Positions 26,301-40,401 of a DNA stretch of 64,000 bases are shown one piece after another (position 1 is the stretch's first letter; every line of letters begins with the position of its first letter). Origin of the DNA: Gnetum montanum. Lineage: Eukaryota > Plantae > Gnetophyta. Under the pieces are notes generated by a model, which searched no databases, had not been told where the DNA came from, and saw only the letters and a program-made list of their open reading frames with translations. The stretch is from contig MNCI01003377.1 of NCBI GenBank assembly GCA_015680685.1, forward strand, positions 547,604 through 611,603, given 5' to 3'. The position numbers and the translations under genes were made by a program.

Positions 26301-28252
26301 TATAATTTTTGGCTGGGCTTTGCTTTTAAACTTTGAGTCCAACATCTAATTTTCATGTTGAATTCTATTCACTTTGTTGGTGTCTCATCTTTGCTTCTGT
26401 TTTTGGTTTCAAGGTTGTCCGATTAATCATTCCTGATTAAGCGTCTCCTGCTTTTTAGTCAAATCTGAAGTTTGTAAATGGTAGAACTCTGGATATTTTA
26501 CCGAAATGAAAGTAAATTTAGTTTGTGAAACCCCGATTAGGTAGGTTGCTTCGAAACTTAAAACTACCATGAAAATATTGTATGTTGTTTGTACACCAAG
26601 CTTATCCAACTTTAATGGGGAAAAAGGCTTCTGGGATTCTAACTTGGTGCATTTGTTCCTGTTGTTTTGAGAAACAGGAATAAATTTTGTTTTAATGTCT
26701 ATATTTAATGTTCTTGCTTGGGATAGTAAAAGATTTTCCGTTTTTCTGTTGTTTAAAAGGCTCTCGATTCACTGGAAGAATTGGATATTTGGGGCAGCAA
26801 GATCAATAATGATGGAGCCATCTTCCTTCAATCATTTTCCAATTTGAAACTTCTGAACCTGGCATGGACAAATGTGACAAGAATTCCTGCTATGGCTTCT
26901 TTGATTTTTCTAAATATGAGTAACTGTACTGTTGAATCTCTTGGTGGTGCATTTGAAAGACATAAGGCAGATTTACAGGAACTACGTTTATCGGGAGCTT
27001 CATTCGTAAACATGGAAGAGGCGTTTTCTTCTGTTTTTTTACAAAATCTAACCCTTTTGGATCTCTCTAATGCCTCCATCGATAGAATCATTTATATAAG
27101 AGATATGCAGAGGCTTAGATTTCTGGATCTGAGCTTCACCGGAATAACAGATTCATGCACCAATTTGGTAGCAGAATGCGGAGGACATTTAGAGAGGCTT
27201 AATCTGAGCTCCACAAGAATAAGTTCCAATGCATTAGCACCTTTGGTTGGAAATGTTTACAATCTCAAGTTCCTTGCATTGTCACATACTCTTGTTGATG
27301 ATCATGCATTTAAATATATAGCTCAGATGCCTTCTTTGCGTAACATCAACTTGAGTTTCACAAACATCAAGGGTAAGTTGCTCAGTTACTAATTAGCTGT
27401 GATTGTTACAATCCTAGAATTAGATTTAGCTGATTTGTCTCCATCATTATGTTTAGGCTTTCTTCATTCTGGAGAACATGGATCAGAGCCTGTTTCTTCA
27501 TTCATTTATTTTAGGGATCTACAACATTTGGAAAACTTAGAACTAGAGAACACCAAGATTTCTGATCAAGCTCTGCAGTTGCTTCCTTCCTTTTTGAAGA
27601 ACCTACAGTGTTTATACCTTAAAAGTGACTACCTCTCAGATGTTTCACTTCATATGCTTTCGGCTCTCACGAATTTAAAGGTTGCTGGATTGCAAGGAGC
27701 TGTTTTGACGGATGGTGGGCTACTTTCCTTTGTACCACCTCCCTTGTTGGAACTCCTTGATTTGAGAGATTGTTGGCTTCTAAGCAGGGAAGCACTTTTG
27801 TTGTTTTCAAATTCTTACAGTCATCTGCACGTCAGACATGAGTTGATGTTAACCATGGAGAAGATGCAGCATGGTCACAAAACATCTCAAACTGCAATAA
27901 ACCAGAAGAAATCTCACAATAAATCGAAGCTTCATGATGGTCAAGCTCAAAGGAAATTTTTAGGTTTATTATCTACCCATCCTTTTTCCTTGATTTTTTT
28001 TTTCTGAAGTTCATTCATAACATTCAATCTCTGACCTTAATTAGATGTTTCACTGCAAGGTTGTGTGTAGCTGATTGCTAATTCTTTATTTCTTTGTGTG
28101 CTTTTGAAGATGAACGCATTAAATACTCTAGGTCAGAGTTATTGGAGCTGCAAGGACAGGCTGAATCTGTATTAACTCTTAAAGAAATTGATTCCTGCCT
28201 TTCCGATCTTCTAGAAAAGACTCGGACAAAGAACGTGTCTTCTGGAGGATAA
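23109..28252 (+). CDS. CERES: LRR protein, CERES/AT4G23840-like eIF4E-interacting protein; exons 23109-23324, 23485-23639, 24016-24233, 26760-27372, 27457-27963, 28110-28252 (start exon upstream)
   Basis: All five introns are GT-AG with consistent phases, giving one open frame. SLVNMCIDAACKSRETVDVWRRQKRTLERMPAHL, EWMVYLG, LDLGGLPVT, LDIWGS, LDLRDCWLL, VRHE and DERIKYSRSELLELQ match recalled AT4G23840 motifs. Stop TAA at 28250-28252. Confidence 0.9.
23485..23639 (+). CDS. CERES: CERES-like exon
   Basis: tcag|g atg ttt ... tct g|gtaagc; encodes MFQQSIEEVNLKAEIMVDSEWMVYLG. Confidence 0.9.
24016..24233 (+). CDS. CERES: CERES-like exon (LRRs)
   Basis: ttag|gt ... cag|gtatgc; encodes LEDLNLSRCSKIT...LDLGGLPVT. 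Confidence 0.9.
24730..26300. mobile_element. Possible non-autonomous DNA transposon inside the 24234-26759 intron
   Basis: Clusters of gtgtgc/gcacac subterminal-like motifs at both ends and weakly complementary termini; no clear TIR or TSD. Confidence 0.25.
26760..27372 (+). CDS. CERES: CERES-like exon (LRRs)
   Basis: aaag|gct ... aag g|gtaagt; multiple LxxLxLS repeats. Confidence 0.9.
27457..27963 (+). CDS. CERES: CERES-like exon (LRRs)
   Basis: ttag|gc ttt ... tta g|gtttat; encodes LDLRDCWLLSRE...VRHE. Confidence 0.9.
28110..28252 (+). CDS. CERES: CERES-like last exon with eIF4E-binding motif
   Basis: gaag|at gaa cgc att aaa tac tct agg tca gag tta ttg ... gga taa. Confidence 0.85.
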
Positions 28253-28929
28253 AGAGCAGCTTTGTTTCATGCGTTAGATTTTTTTGCATCAAATGCATTC
28301 TGCAACTCAGCTTTTGAACTATTTCACCAGCAGTTTTGTCTTGGCCGTGTTCCTATTGTTACTTCTCCCGTGAAAACATTGCTTTGGAAAACTTAAAACT
28401 GAAATGGAAGTGTTTCATATGGATGTTAAGAGTATATCTTTCAGTGTTACTTAATCATACAGGCCTTTTCTATAGATAGGTTATTAGGCAACAGCAACCG
28501 CCGGATGAGCCTCTACGTTAATTAAGTAGATAGAAAAGCCTTCGGAAGGTATGGCTGACCAATTTGTGGTGAGCTCTAGTGATGAGGAGCATCTCACGTG
28601 TGGTACAGCTATTGCTCTTTATGTCCTGAGTTCTATACCCTACATATTCGTATTCTTGGATGTACCAAGATAAACTTTGTTGGAATTGAGCGTTTGCCCA
28701 CAAGCTATCAACTTATAAAATATGATTTAATATGTTTTATGAAAAATTTAGAGCAATTTGCCAAGGATATACGAAAGTAAATATTAACTTTGTAACCCTT
28801 GTGCTATGTGAAGATGATAGGATCAAATTTGGTTTGGCTTATTTATTGGTAAAATTTTTATATAACTCACTATATAACTTATTAGATTAGGATTGAATTT
28901 AGATATTCATACTTTTGTAGTTTAACATA

Positions 28930-29370
28930 TATAATACTTTGTAAAAAGTGGGGTGGTTTTGTATCCTAAAATAAGTGAAACATAGGTATACCCCAAGATT
29001 TATAAAAGTTTATAACTTAGTGCTATTTAGTAGAATCGAACTTGTGACTTGGGGTTACCAAGCTGAGATTGGTACCATCTCATTGTTAATACTTTGTAAA
29101 AAGTCATCATGTTGGAACTTGAAATAAGTGTAATATAAGTATACCCCATGATGTATAGTCCAATTAGAAATGCAAAACTTTGTATTGCTCACTAGAATTG
29201 AAACCATGACCACCTCATTGTTAATACTTTGTAAAAAGTGTTCATGTTGGAACTTGAAATAATTGTAATATAAGTAGACCACATGATGTATAGTCCAATT
29301 AGAAATGCATAACTTAGCATTGCTCACTAGAATTGAAACCATGACCTGGAATACTTTGTAAAAAGTGAAA
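28930..29370 (-). repeat. Tandem ~135-155 bp SINE-like units downstream of the gene
   Basis: aatactttgtaaaaagt recurs at ~28933, 29088, 29223 and 29351. Units carry a B-box-like gtt(c/t)caattct on the minus strand. Confidence 0.7.
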
Positions 29371-30655
29371 CAAAGCAAGATTGTGCCTTAGCATACTCTA
29401 TGACTTGCACAACCACAAGCTATATCCTTTAATCAAGAGAGTTGTACCTTATTGATTATAATTAGATAAATACTATAAGAGATTATGCAACTTTGCCAAT
29501 GTTGGTCTTAAGCTTGGATGAGAAAGGAGGGTTAATGTTAGGTTGGCAATTGGTTTTAAAACCATGTCAAATCTCATAAATGATTTTTTTTTTTAGATTT
29601 TGCAAAATGTTAGTGCATTCTCCCAAGTAGCAATCACAACACAAGGCCCAATTATGGAAAATGAACAAGGGTTTGCTAAAACATTCTCTAAAAATGATGC
29701 ACAACACTAGTGTACAACATTGGTGTTTGGATGTTGTAGAAAATGGGCAAGGGTTTCCACATTAGAATAAATGTAAGTAAAGAAATGATTCTAGTAATAG
29801 AAATTTTAGATGATAACTTGGAACATTGATACTCTCTTGGTAGGTCAAAGGTTGCTCCCCTTTGGAGGTTTAAAAGATCACACAGAGCCAACTTGGATTC
29901 CATATTAACTTAACCATTATATTCCTTTGAGGATTATAGTCCTAATTCCTTATGTACTATGTTGCAAGGGTATATAGGTAGCCAGGGTTAAAGCTTTAGG
30001 TGTGAGCACCTTTCCTTTTCTTCAAAAAAGGGGGTTAAGATTATATGATGCATGTAGCTTAAGGGATACATCTTAGCTAGCTTGAGTATTGTTTTTCTTG
30101 TGTGTTTGAATTGTTCATGGTGTGTGTGTATTGATATCATAAATTGGTCTCATATGTGATTATTTTTGGAGTAGATTAACTTGTGTTATGTGATCTTTGC
30201 TATTCTCACAAGGCATTGTAGCTATTGATTCATAGTCCACCCTTGAGTTTTTCCTTGATTTATTTAGTCCAATGATGGTTCTTGGGACTTCAAGTGGTGT
30301 TATGAGATGCTTGTCAAGTGTTGTTATAACTTTTTATATTAGAGGCTAGCTTTGGTATAAGTGAAAGACTAAGAAGATTGTGGTGTGAAAGTAGTATGGT
30401 GTGGAAAGTAGTGGTTGTGAAGCAGGGAGGGAAGAATAAGTGTAGAACTAGTTCTTTCTAAGCATGTATGGGAAGAGAAACCAATGAAGGAAGAAGTGGA
30501 TGAGGCAAAAGTAAATGTCCCAATGGTAAAGATGTAGGAGTTATGAAAATAATTGATGTACAAGTTATAAAGTTCTACTTAAGTTCTATGGAAGTTTCGT
30601 GTTGACTACATATGTAGAGGTACATATAGTCATCTAGTTTCGGTTTGAAAGCTCT

Positions 30656-30760
30656 AGGTCATGGGTTCAATTCTAGTGGGTAATGTTAAGTTATGAAGTT
30701 CTAATTAGACTATATATCTTAAGGTGTACCTATATTACAATTATTTTAGAGTTCCAACAC
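30656..30760 (+). repeat. Inverted copy of the 29.1-29.35 kb unit
   Basis: ggtcatgggttcaattctagtggg...tatattacaattattt.agagttccaaca matches the reverse complement of 29243-29348. Confidence 0.75.
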
Positions 30761-31030
30761 CTAGTATTGGTTTCACAATCTATCCTCCACCCCCTACATT
30801 TGGGTCAATCCATGACTTGATTCATGTCTTAAGAAAGCACAGTAATTAGATCAACATCAAATTCTTGATCATAAATAATGATGCATTCAATGCACAAATT
30901 GGCCAATCCTAGTCAAGTTTTAGAAACTTCCTAATAATTGTGTATGAGTTGGTTGCATGTAAAGCCATGGACATAGAATACCAGAAGCATCTTAATTTGG
31001 GGGAGAAGGGCAAGGGAAAATGTAAGACTC

Positions 31031-31283
<253 letters not shown>

Positions 31284-31349
31284 ATCAGAGTACAACACAT
31301 GCTTAGTCACTAAGTAGAAATCACCAAAAACAACATGGAAAGGAAAAAC

Positions 31350-31860
31350 TTTTTAATTTTAGAGATGTCTACTCAAGTATACAACTTTACAATAGATGTT
31401 TTGCAAGATCAAGAGAAAAACATTCTAATTTTGTACATCTTCTTTATTTTTGTAAATGAGAATAACAAAGCTTTTTCTATGGTTTTTTAGCATTTCTCCA
31501 TCTTTCAAAATTTTGTTAAATAACTGTGTCAACCAAGAAACTTTTGTATCTACCAATGCTTTCCAAGCTTCTATAGGAATGCTATATGGTCCAACAGCTT
31601 TTCCATTTTTTATCTTTGATAAGGCTATCTTCTAGAGAAGGAAAGTTCATTAACCAAACTAAAGTTTGGTTCTTCTTCTTGGATGTCTTTTCTAGGAAAT
31701 TATTCATTTAATAATTCTTGAAAATAAATTTTCCACCTATCCAAAATTTCATTATCTTTTACCAAAATTCTTTCATTTGCTTTCTTGATACGTTTGATAT
31801 AATCAACGTCCTTACATTTTTTATTTATGATGTTTTCAATTTATAAATATATTTCTCTCC
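31350..31860 (-). mobile_element. RTE-clade LINE fragment
   Basis: Minus strand reads ILDRWKIYFQELLNE and KIALSKIKNGKAVGPYSIPIEAWKAL. Confidence 0.75.
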
Positions 31861-31863
31861 ACT

Positions 31864-32158
31864 AAAGTTTGAGGCTTTGTCTCATCATACATCTTCCTTA
31901 GTCTTGCAAAAGCTTACAAGCACATTTTCCAATTCTCTCCATTTTCTAAGGTTTTAACATATCAAAATATCAACAACCTCCCTCTTTTTGGTGATGTCCA
32001 AAACTTCAGAAAATTGGCTAGCATAATATGAGAGGCAAATAGAAACACAACACAACATAAATAATATCATATAGAATATTATTACAATAATATGTTCCTC
32101 ATTTTGGGCATAATCAAAAAGAAGTTTCCTTGTGAAACTCCCCTTAAATATGAGCTCC

Positions 32159-32190
<32 letters not shown>

Positions 32191-35100
32191 TTTAAGTTAG
32201 TAGTTTTTAGAAAATAAAAGCTTCTTACCTAATAGGACAAGGTCCTATCCCCATGTTTTTATAGAGAATAGTAAGTCTTCATTCATCAAGAGGCTTAATG
32301 AAGGCATTAGTAAGTTAGTCATCTATCCTAATATACTCTAACTTAATATGCTTTAGTTGAGTATGTTCTTGTATGAAATGATGCTAAATTTCAATATTCT
32401 TTGTACTGTAATGTTGCATAGGATTTTTGGTCATATTGATAGTGCTATTGTTGTTACTAAAAATGGGTGCATGATCTGATGTGATTCCTAGATTCTTGAG
32501 AGTTTCTTTCATCCACAATATTTGTGCATAGTAGCTCCTAGCTAAAAAATATTCTACGTCTATTGTGGAAAGTGCTATAGAGATTTACTTCTTAGTTGCC
32601 CAAGACATGAGACTTCTTCATAGAAAGAAGTAATTTCCACTTGTACTTCGTCGATCATCTATACAACCTACCTAATTTACATCACAATACCTAACAAGAT
32701 CAAGTTTAGAGCCCTCTGAATACCAAAGTCCCTAATCAGTAGTACCTTTTAGATAATGACAAATTCATTTCATGGCTTTTAAGTGAAATTCTTTGGGCCA
32801 ACACTTAAAGCTATATAAGGTCTATTGAAAGTTAAGTATAGTAAGCTACCAATCATATCTCTATAGAGCTTAAGATCAACTAATTTTCCTTGTTCATCTT
32901 TGTTAAGCTTGAAATGTGCAATCGTAGGTAATGTCTTTTCTTTCACATCAGCCAAGTTGAATGTTTGTAGAAGATCTTTGTTATATTTAGTTTGATAGAT
33001 GAAGGTTTTACCTTTTGTTTGGTTGATTTGGAATCCAAGGAAGTTGTTGAGTTCTTCCATCATGCTTATTTCAAATTTTGTCTACATAAGATCTAAAAAC
33101 TTCTTGCATAAAATATCATTAGTAGCTCCAAATATAGTATCATCAACATAAATTTTCACAATGTGTAAATCTTTACCTTCACGTTTAAGAAAAAAAGTAA
33201 CATTAGCTCTACTTCTTTCAAAACCATTAGACATGAGATGTTATGAGAGTCCATCATATGAATCTCTAGTAGCTTGTTTGACCCCATAGAGAGCCTTTTT
33301 CAGTTTTGAAACAATTTGAATGAATAGGATTTACAGATCCTTCAGGTTGCTCAACATATACTTCGTCTTGAATATTCCCATTCAAAAAGGCATTCTTTAC
33401 ATCCATTTGATACAAATTAATACCTTTGATACTTTCATAAGCTAAAAGAAGTCTGATTAACTCAAGTCTAACCATAGGAGCAAAAGTTTCATCAAAATCA
33501 ATTCCCTCTTACAATTGTATCATTTAGTAACAAATTTGGCTTTGTTCTTGATGATGTTATCAGTTTCATCTTTCTTGTTCCTAAACACCCATTTTATTTT
33601 AATAATATACTTATGATTGAGTTTAGGAGTTAATTCCCATACATTGTTTTTGATGAATTGATTTAGCTCTTCTTGCATGGTTGAAATCCATTCTTTCTTT
33701 GTTCTAGCTTCTTTAAAATTTTGGGGCTCAAGTTATGAAAGATACATAACATATGTACATATTTCTTTGTTTGGTTCCTAGTTCAGATTCCATCTTTTAC
33801 TTACCCAATGACATCGTTGAGAGAGTGTAATCTAAGGGGTCTAGGCATTTTGGGCTATGTTGGAGAAGTATCCTCATGTTGGCTTCCTATGTTAGAATCT
33901 TTATCAGTTGTTATCTGGGAAGTACTAGATATCTTTTGGATAAAATCTTCTTCATCATTAGAATGTAGATTTGAATCATCACTATCATCTATTTTAACAT
34001 TTTAAGTTTCCTCCATAGTGTTGGTTCTTTTGTTGAACACTGTGTAACCCCTACTAACAGTTGAATATCCAAGAAAGATTCCCTCATTGATTTGGGATCA
34101 AATTTTCTGAGAGCATATTTGTCATTTAGAATATAGTACTTTGAACCAAAAACATGAAAATAACAAATTGATGTCTTTCTACTAGTTCACAATTCATAAG
34201 GAGTTTTAGTAGTGAATCTTCTTACTAGAACTTTATTGGAGACATAGCATGTGATGTTGATTGCTTTAGCCCAAAAGTGATATGGAATGTTTTTGTCATT
34301 CAAGATTATTCTCTTCATTTTATTCAAAATCTCATTTTTTCTTTTTGTAATACCATTCATGTTGAGGAGTCATGGGAGTAAAAAATTGATGTAGAATGTC
34401 ATTCATGTGATAGTATTATTTAAATTTAGCATTTTTCAACTCTTTCCCATTGTTACCTTTGATGACTTTAATACCATATTATTTTTCATTTTATATTTAT
34501 TTACAAATTCTCATGAAACGATCAAAAGATTTATCTTTATGATATAAGAAAGCAACCCAAGTGAAACAAGAGAAATCATCAACAATACTTAAAAAATATA
34601 TTTTCTTTCCCAAACTAAGAGTTTGAGAGGACCAACCAAGTCCATGTGAATCAATTCTAAAGGATAAGAGGTAGAGATGCAAATTTTCTTACCAAACCTT
34701 ACCCTTGTTTGGTTTCCTTTTTAACATGCTTCACAAGTATTCAAGGAGGAATCCTTGATTTTGGGCAACCCTTCAACCATATCTTTCAAGACAAAGGTTT
34801 GAAGAATGTCTTTGTTAATGTGACCCAGTTTTCTATACCACATATGAACATTACCCATATTGCTAATCAATCACTTGGATTCAAGGTTAGGTTGATCTTC
34901 AAAAATAATAGTATAAACATTTGCTTTTCTATTTCCTTCTATAATAATTGTTTTGGATTGTAGATCTCTTACTTTACAAATATCTTTAGAGAAGGTAACA
35001 TCAAAATTTAAATCACAAAGTTGAAAAAACACAAAGAAGATTGTGTTTAAGACCTTCAACCAAAAAAACTTGTTTAATAGTAGGCTAATCTTTACCTCTA

Positions 35101-37150
35101 ATTGTACCAATATCTTTAATTTGAGCTTCCATGTCATCTCTAAAAATGATAGTTCCATAGTTTTGTTCTAAAAAAATGTACAAATTGAGATTTGTCTCCT
35201 ATCATGTGTCTAGAACATCCATTATCGATGTACCAAGTGCTCATTTTTATAGTAGAGAGTGCAAATTATGCAATCATTTCTTTTTTGATAACTCTTATCT
35301 TTTTTCTTTCAAAATTTCTTTTTCTGCAACATACCTTTTCTAGGCTATTTTGGAAAAGACCAAGTATAGTGTTTTAATCATAAATAATAGAAAGCCTAAA
35401 TATGTCCAATTTTATCACACTAGAAATAAATCATATTCTTAAATTTAGCTAAGTGATCAAACTTGAAAGTTTATTTCTTTAAATTCATAAAACTTGATGA
35501 TGCTTTGTTGTGAGAATAGCTTTGATCTTGATCTATCTTCTTATTTTGAATGTATCTTTCATAGCTGACCTTTACATCTGATAATTCCTTGTTAGTTTGC
35601 TCAACAACACTTGTTAGCTTTGAATCTCAGCTATTAGGTTTGAGTTTTCTTTCTTAAGATATAAACAATCAGAATTAAATTTTGCTATCTTTATTTCTTT
35701 AACATGTAAAGTCTCTTTCATTTTGAAGCATAAATTCTAAAAGGAAATCACCTCATTATAAAGTAGCTCATATCTTTCTTCCAAAGTAATCTCATCTTCT
35801 TTAGCTTCATCATAAGATATTGAGTCCTTGATGGGTTCTTGATTTATCAAGGCTAAGCATAAATGATGAGAATCTTTGGATATATAGCTGGTTTCTACTT
35901 CATCATAACAACTTGTATTGATGTTGGTAGTTCTTATTTGTTTACTAGACTCGTATTCTTGTAACTTGCAAGTACAAGGACTTTTGGAGTCCATATGACC
36001 TCTTTCACTACATATCTAGCATTGCATGGAGGAGGTATCATAATTAGAAATATTATAGTAATTACCTATTGCCTTATAGTAGATGGATTAAGTACATCTT
36101 TCCAAGATGAAATTAATAAACCCTTGCATTCTAGCTTTCCAATATATGAAGTTAAACCCATCTAACATTAGTAGCTTGATGAAATAAGCTCCCTTAATAG
36201 TTTACTCCTGAGTTGTTACACTCAATCATGGAGTACCAAGGCTCCAATACCACTTGAGGACTGAGAACTTAGAAGAGGGGGGAGGGGGGTTGAATAATTT
36301 CCACCAATTTAAAACTTAAAATTGCATACAAATGTACATGGTTTCCCAAATTGGGTACATCTAGACTTGGACAGTTGAATCCTTCCACATCTTTACACCA
36401 AAACCTTTGCAAAGCTTGAGCTCCATAAGGGGTGTTTTCACATAGAAACACACCCAATCCCTCAAGGTCCCAACAAGCTCGAAAGATGTCTTCTTGCAAG
36501 AAGCACATCAATCTTGTAGGGTGTAAAAAGGAAGAGAAGAAAGATCAAGGAGAGAATATAATTACAATTATAGATTCCTTTCTTTGAGGCTATCAATAAT
36601 TAAAAAATACAACAAAAGATAAAGAGATAAAGTACAAAACAATTTTTAAGATGTATAATATGATGGTCAAATCACATGAATAATTCTTTCATTTTCCACC
36701 AAGATATTGTCTTCTTTTATAGCCTCTATCATTTTTAAATGACAATTGGAGTTTGTATAATAGCTAAAAATGGCTAGTTGGGATGTCTTACATGAGCTTA
36801 AAACATCTAACTTTTTATTGCTTGTAGGTGGGACGTCTCACTTAAATTTGGGACATTTCGCATGGAACATTTCAACTACGATTGAGACATTTGTTATTTT
36901 TTGGGATATCTTGCCTGAGTCTAAGCTTTTGCCATTAGGATGTTTGCTATTCATTTGGGACATCTTGGTACATATTGGAGCACTTCCTTTGGACTTATAG
37001 ACATCTTCATCCTTGTAATTCCTTCCAAGTATTTGTATACAAAGTTTGAGGCTTTGTCTCATCATGTCTTCCTTAGTCTTGCAATAAATCATAAGCACAT
37101 TTTCCAATTCTTTCCATTTTCTAAGGTTTTGAAATACTAAAAGATTAACA
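31864..37150 (-). mobile_element. Degenerate SIRE-like Ty1/copia element; 5' LTR 36255-37150, truncated 3' LTR 31864-31975
   Basis: Copia order INT then RT then RH: SIVDDFSCFTWV (INT), YQMDVKNAFLNG and YRDMIGSLLYL (RT). tRNA-iMet-type PBS remnant (ggctccaatacca, ~36240-36252). Sirevirus-like U5 motif (gagggggg..tgaata) and several PPT-like tracts at ~31976-32160. 31864-31975 matches 37041-37150. Confidence 0.85.
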
Positions 37151-39470
37151 GGAGTAATGGACATAAGTTATGGCCTATCCATGCTTTGATCATGATAGTA
37201 TTTCTAAGAATTTTTAAATCATTTTATAGTAGTGACTCATCCTTGATGCATACATAGTGTACCTGATGCTAGGTATAATTTGCATCTAAGAAATAGTAGG
37301 GTCATGATAGATATGATCTTAGATTTGGCAACTATTCCCTTCATAAGATGAGTGGTAGTGGGGTAGTAGCTAGCTCATGACACTTGATGTAAGGTTATCA
37401 TAATTCATACTAGGGTCATGCATGATTTACAATAGAAAATGTGAAATGAGTTTGAGCCATATTTGAGTCATGTCAAGATTAAAATATAAAAACAACCTTA
37501 GTTAAATATGTTAAATAAACTCAATGTATGTTCAGGGCCTTAAGCTAGGCTAATATTATAGTGGAACATGAAACATGTTACTATGATATGCAAAGTTATT
37601 TGTTATGCTTATGATCTAGTCATGTTGTGATGTTCAATGCAATTATGATACATGAGCTAATCATGTATGTGATATTATGATTCTATATGTGATTGGTATG
37701 GGCTTGACTATGAGTTATATAGTGGAGGATACTTCAAGCATAAGATGGTTATGGTCATAAGCTAAGATGGATGAATTATGTCTTGTGATATCATTAACAA
37801 GCTATGAATATGACATGCCATGATATTAGTGATATGGAAAAGTTGTGATTCTTTATTGATGGAGCTAACATAAGGGTATGAATCACTTAATGAAGAGGCA
37901 TCCTAAAGGAGTTGGAATGATCCCCATCATGATGCATTAGCGAGGCTCTTATCTTAGGTCGCATCCTTAGAGTAGAAGAGTATAAGTTAAGCCTATGATA
38001 AGTATGAGATCTTGGAACATTAGTACATGCATGGATCTACCCTCAAAAATATTAGTGTCTTGGATTTGTAGATGAGATAATAGGAACTAGCACTGGTAGT
38101 AGACTAAGTAATGAAAGACTAATAAAATATCTATAAGCTCAGTTAATGAATTGAGTACTCATGTCAATGATATCATGCTCACATAAAATGCAAATGTATC
38201 AATTACCATAAAGCCTATGTGATTATGCTTATGTATTATAAGATAGTGATCCCTTGGAGATACTAGTTTTTGATGTAATATGTATGTGTATGGTATTGGT
38301 TGTTATAGTAGAGCCTCATTTATGTTATGGACATGACTATGATTTATGTTGATTGGATCTGACTTGCTATTATGATGAGCTATGAAGAATGCTTTGGATA
38401 GTCATGATGATGAATAGTATGATATATAATTAATATTAGAGTTTGATATTGCAAATGATGACCTAGATATTAATGTGATTGTGTTATATTATTATGATTA
38501 TATGATGTGATGTGCTTGACATATTTCATAAGTTGTACTAACCCTGTTATAGATTATTTAGCATTCTCACACTTCTTCTTCAACATAGCATCAAGCTTCT
38601 CATCCATAAGAGATGTGTAAAATCTAGCCACACACTTAATCTTGTATTAACCTATTTTATGTGGAGGTGATGATTTTTTAAGCTCAAGAGCTAGCAAGCC
38701 TAAGAAAAATGATGGAAGATTTAGATCCATGCTCTTATCTTTACTATTACATGTATTTATCAAAGAGATGAACTTGTTTATTGATGAATTTAGCTTATAT
38801 AGTCCTTAAGCTATGATATTTTGTAGAATGTGCATGATATATATATGATGATAGCACATGTGTGCTAGGCATATTGACTAATCCTATATGATGTTTATGT
38901 TTGAAGGATAGTATAGTGATGTATTATTTTAATGATGTAGATATATAGGAGTGCCTCTTTAGTGTGCTATTCATGTTCTAATTAGTTTAGGCATGAGCTT
39001 TTATAATGTAATTTATGGCTTTCTACTATGTTTATTTGATCTACTTATGATTGATGTGCTATGACTCCAACAATATGTTATATTATAGTTTCCAGTTGAG
39101 CTTACTTTGGGTTAGATATGTGAGGTGTTATAGAGTGGTAGGTTACTTCAATTGATATAGGATGTTATGGTAGTTACCTCTATGATTGCAAGTATTAGTG
39201 ATGCTAGGTTATTGAGGGTTAAGTGGCATAGGTCACTACATTGATAAGACTCAGGTACCTCTAGGTACACAAGCAAAGATTCTAATGGTTAGTCAAGCAT
39301 AACTAGTGAGTATAGGGATTGATGATTCTCAAATAGACCATACTAGATAGATGATGTAGTTACTTCAGTAGTTTATGGCTAGGAAAGATGTCACCCCATC
39401 TTTTCCTACAAGTTAAAAATAACAATAACAATGGGGTGACAATAATAATGGCTTTATTTATGATGATAGG
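37151..39470 (+). mobile_element. Decayed LTR and leader of a Tekay/chromovirus-like gypsy element
   Basis: Ends in gaggtgttata followed by the PBS remnant gagtggta (~39121-39140). Strongly C-depleted, and contiguous with the gag at 52255 once the nested Athila is removed. The left boundary is uncertain. Confidence 0.5.
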
Positions 39471-40401
39471 TGATGAGCGGCTAGGTACCCCTATCCCCAA
39501 CCATGCGAATCACGAGCGTTCACACGTGACTCGGTCGAATTCCGTAGACTCTAAGCACTTAACATACACTAGACCTTTAACCAGCAAAACCCTTTGTTAG
39601 AATGGTCATTGTCCTCTCAACCTCACTTGTGTTGTTCTAATTGCGATGGTTAAGTGAGATTGAGGCAACTAATTTTTATGGCTTTTTACTTTATCTTTTG
39701 GTGTCTAATTAAGGTATGGGAAGTAAGGAATGAAATATTATTTAATCTATAATTATCCTAATCTGTATCTTAACTATTCTTAGCATAAGTATACGATCCC
39801 ATCTTCTGGGCATGTCCTGAGCATCCCCTAACCACTACTGGGTTACCAGATGTTAAGTGTCATTGGGTTACCAAGTGTTGGGTTTACGTTTGAGATGGTC
39901 GTACTTATGGTTTGTATGAACTATGAATGAGCAATAGCGATTAGACTAATAATAAGAGAAACTTAAGTAATTATCAAAGCATAGAAATATTAAGCTATTA
40001 AATGTATTAAATGACTAAGTCCAAATGCTGCAAGGAATGCTTGAAAGCTCGTCTTTATTGCTGTTCACGCCAATGGGCTCAGATACATCAGTGCTCAAAT
40101 AAAGAGCTGGACACCTTCTTTACACCTATTGCGGGCACTTGGAAAATATTCTAACTCTTGCGGAAAAAAACTACAAGAGCTTTGCTACAAATGATAAAAT
40201 GGTACCTAAGAGAGGCGGAAGCCCTCTTATTTATAGGTCAGAATAGGTTTCGTGTAAATGGGGCCATGTCGACGCGTGGAAGGATGCGTCGATGAGCCTG
40301 CATTGACGGGGCTACGTATACGGGGCCACCTCAACGCTGCTGTATATACGGGGTCCTGTATATGCGGCCTAGTAAACACATGACCAAATGACACTTCATC
40401 A
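39471..40401 (-). repeat. 3' LTR (complete)
   Basis: tgatgagcgg...acacttcatca; aligns with 51475-52254. Confidence 0.9.

Noticed and set aside
28930-29370. CRISPR-like spaced repeats
   Set aside because: The intervening sequences are homologous to each other and the DNA is eukaryotic, so this is an ordinary tandem repeat.
29690-30810. Possible copia solo LTR
   Set aside because: A C-rich U5-like tract is present near 30785, but no termini, TSD or partner LTR could be defined.
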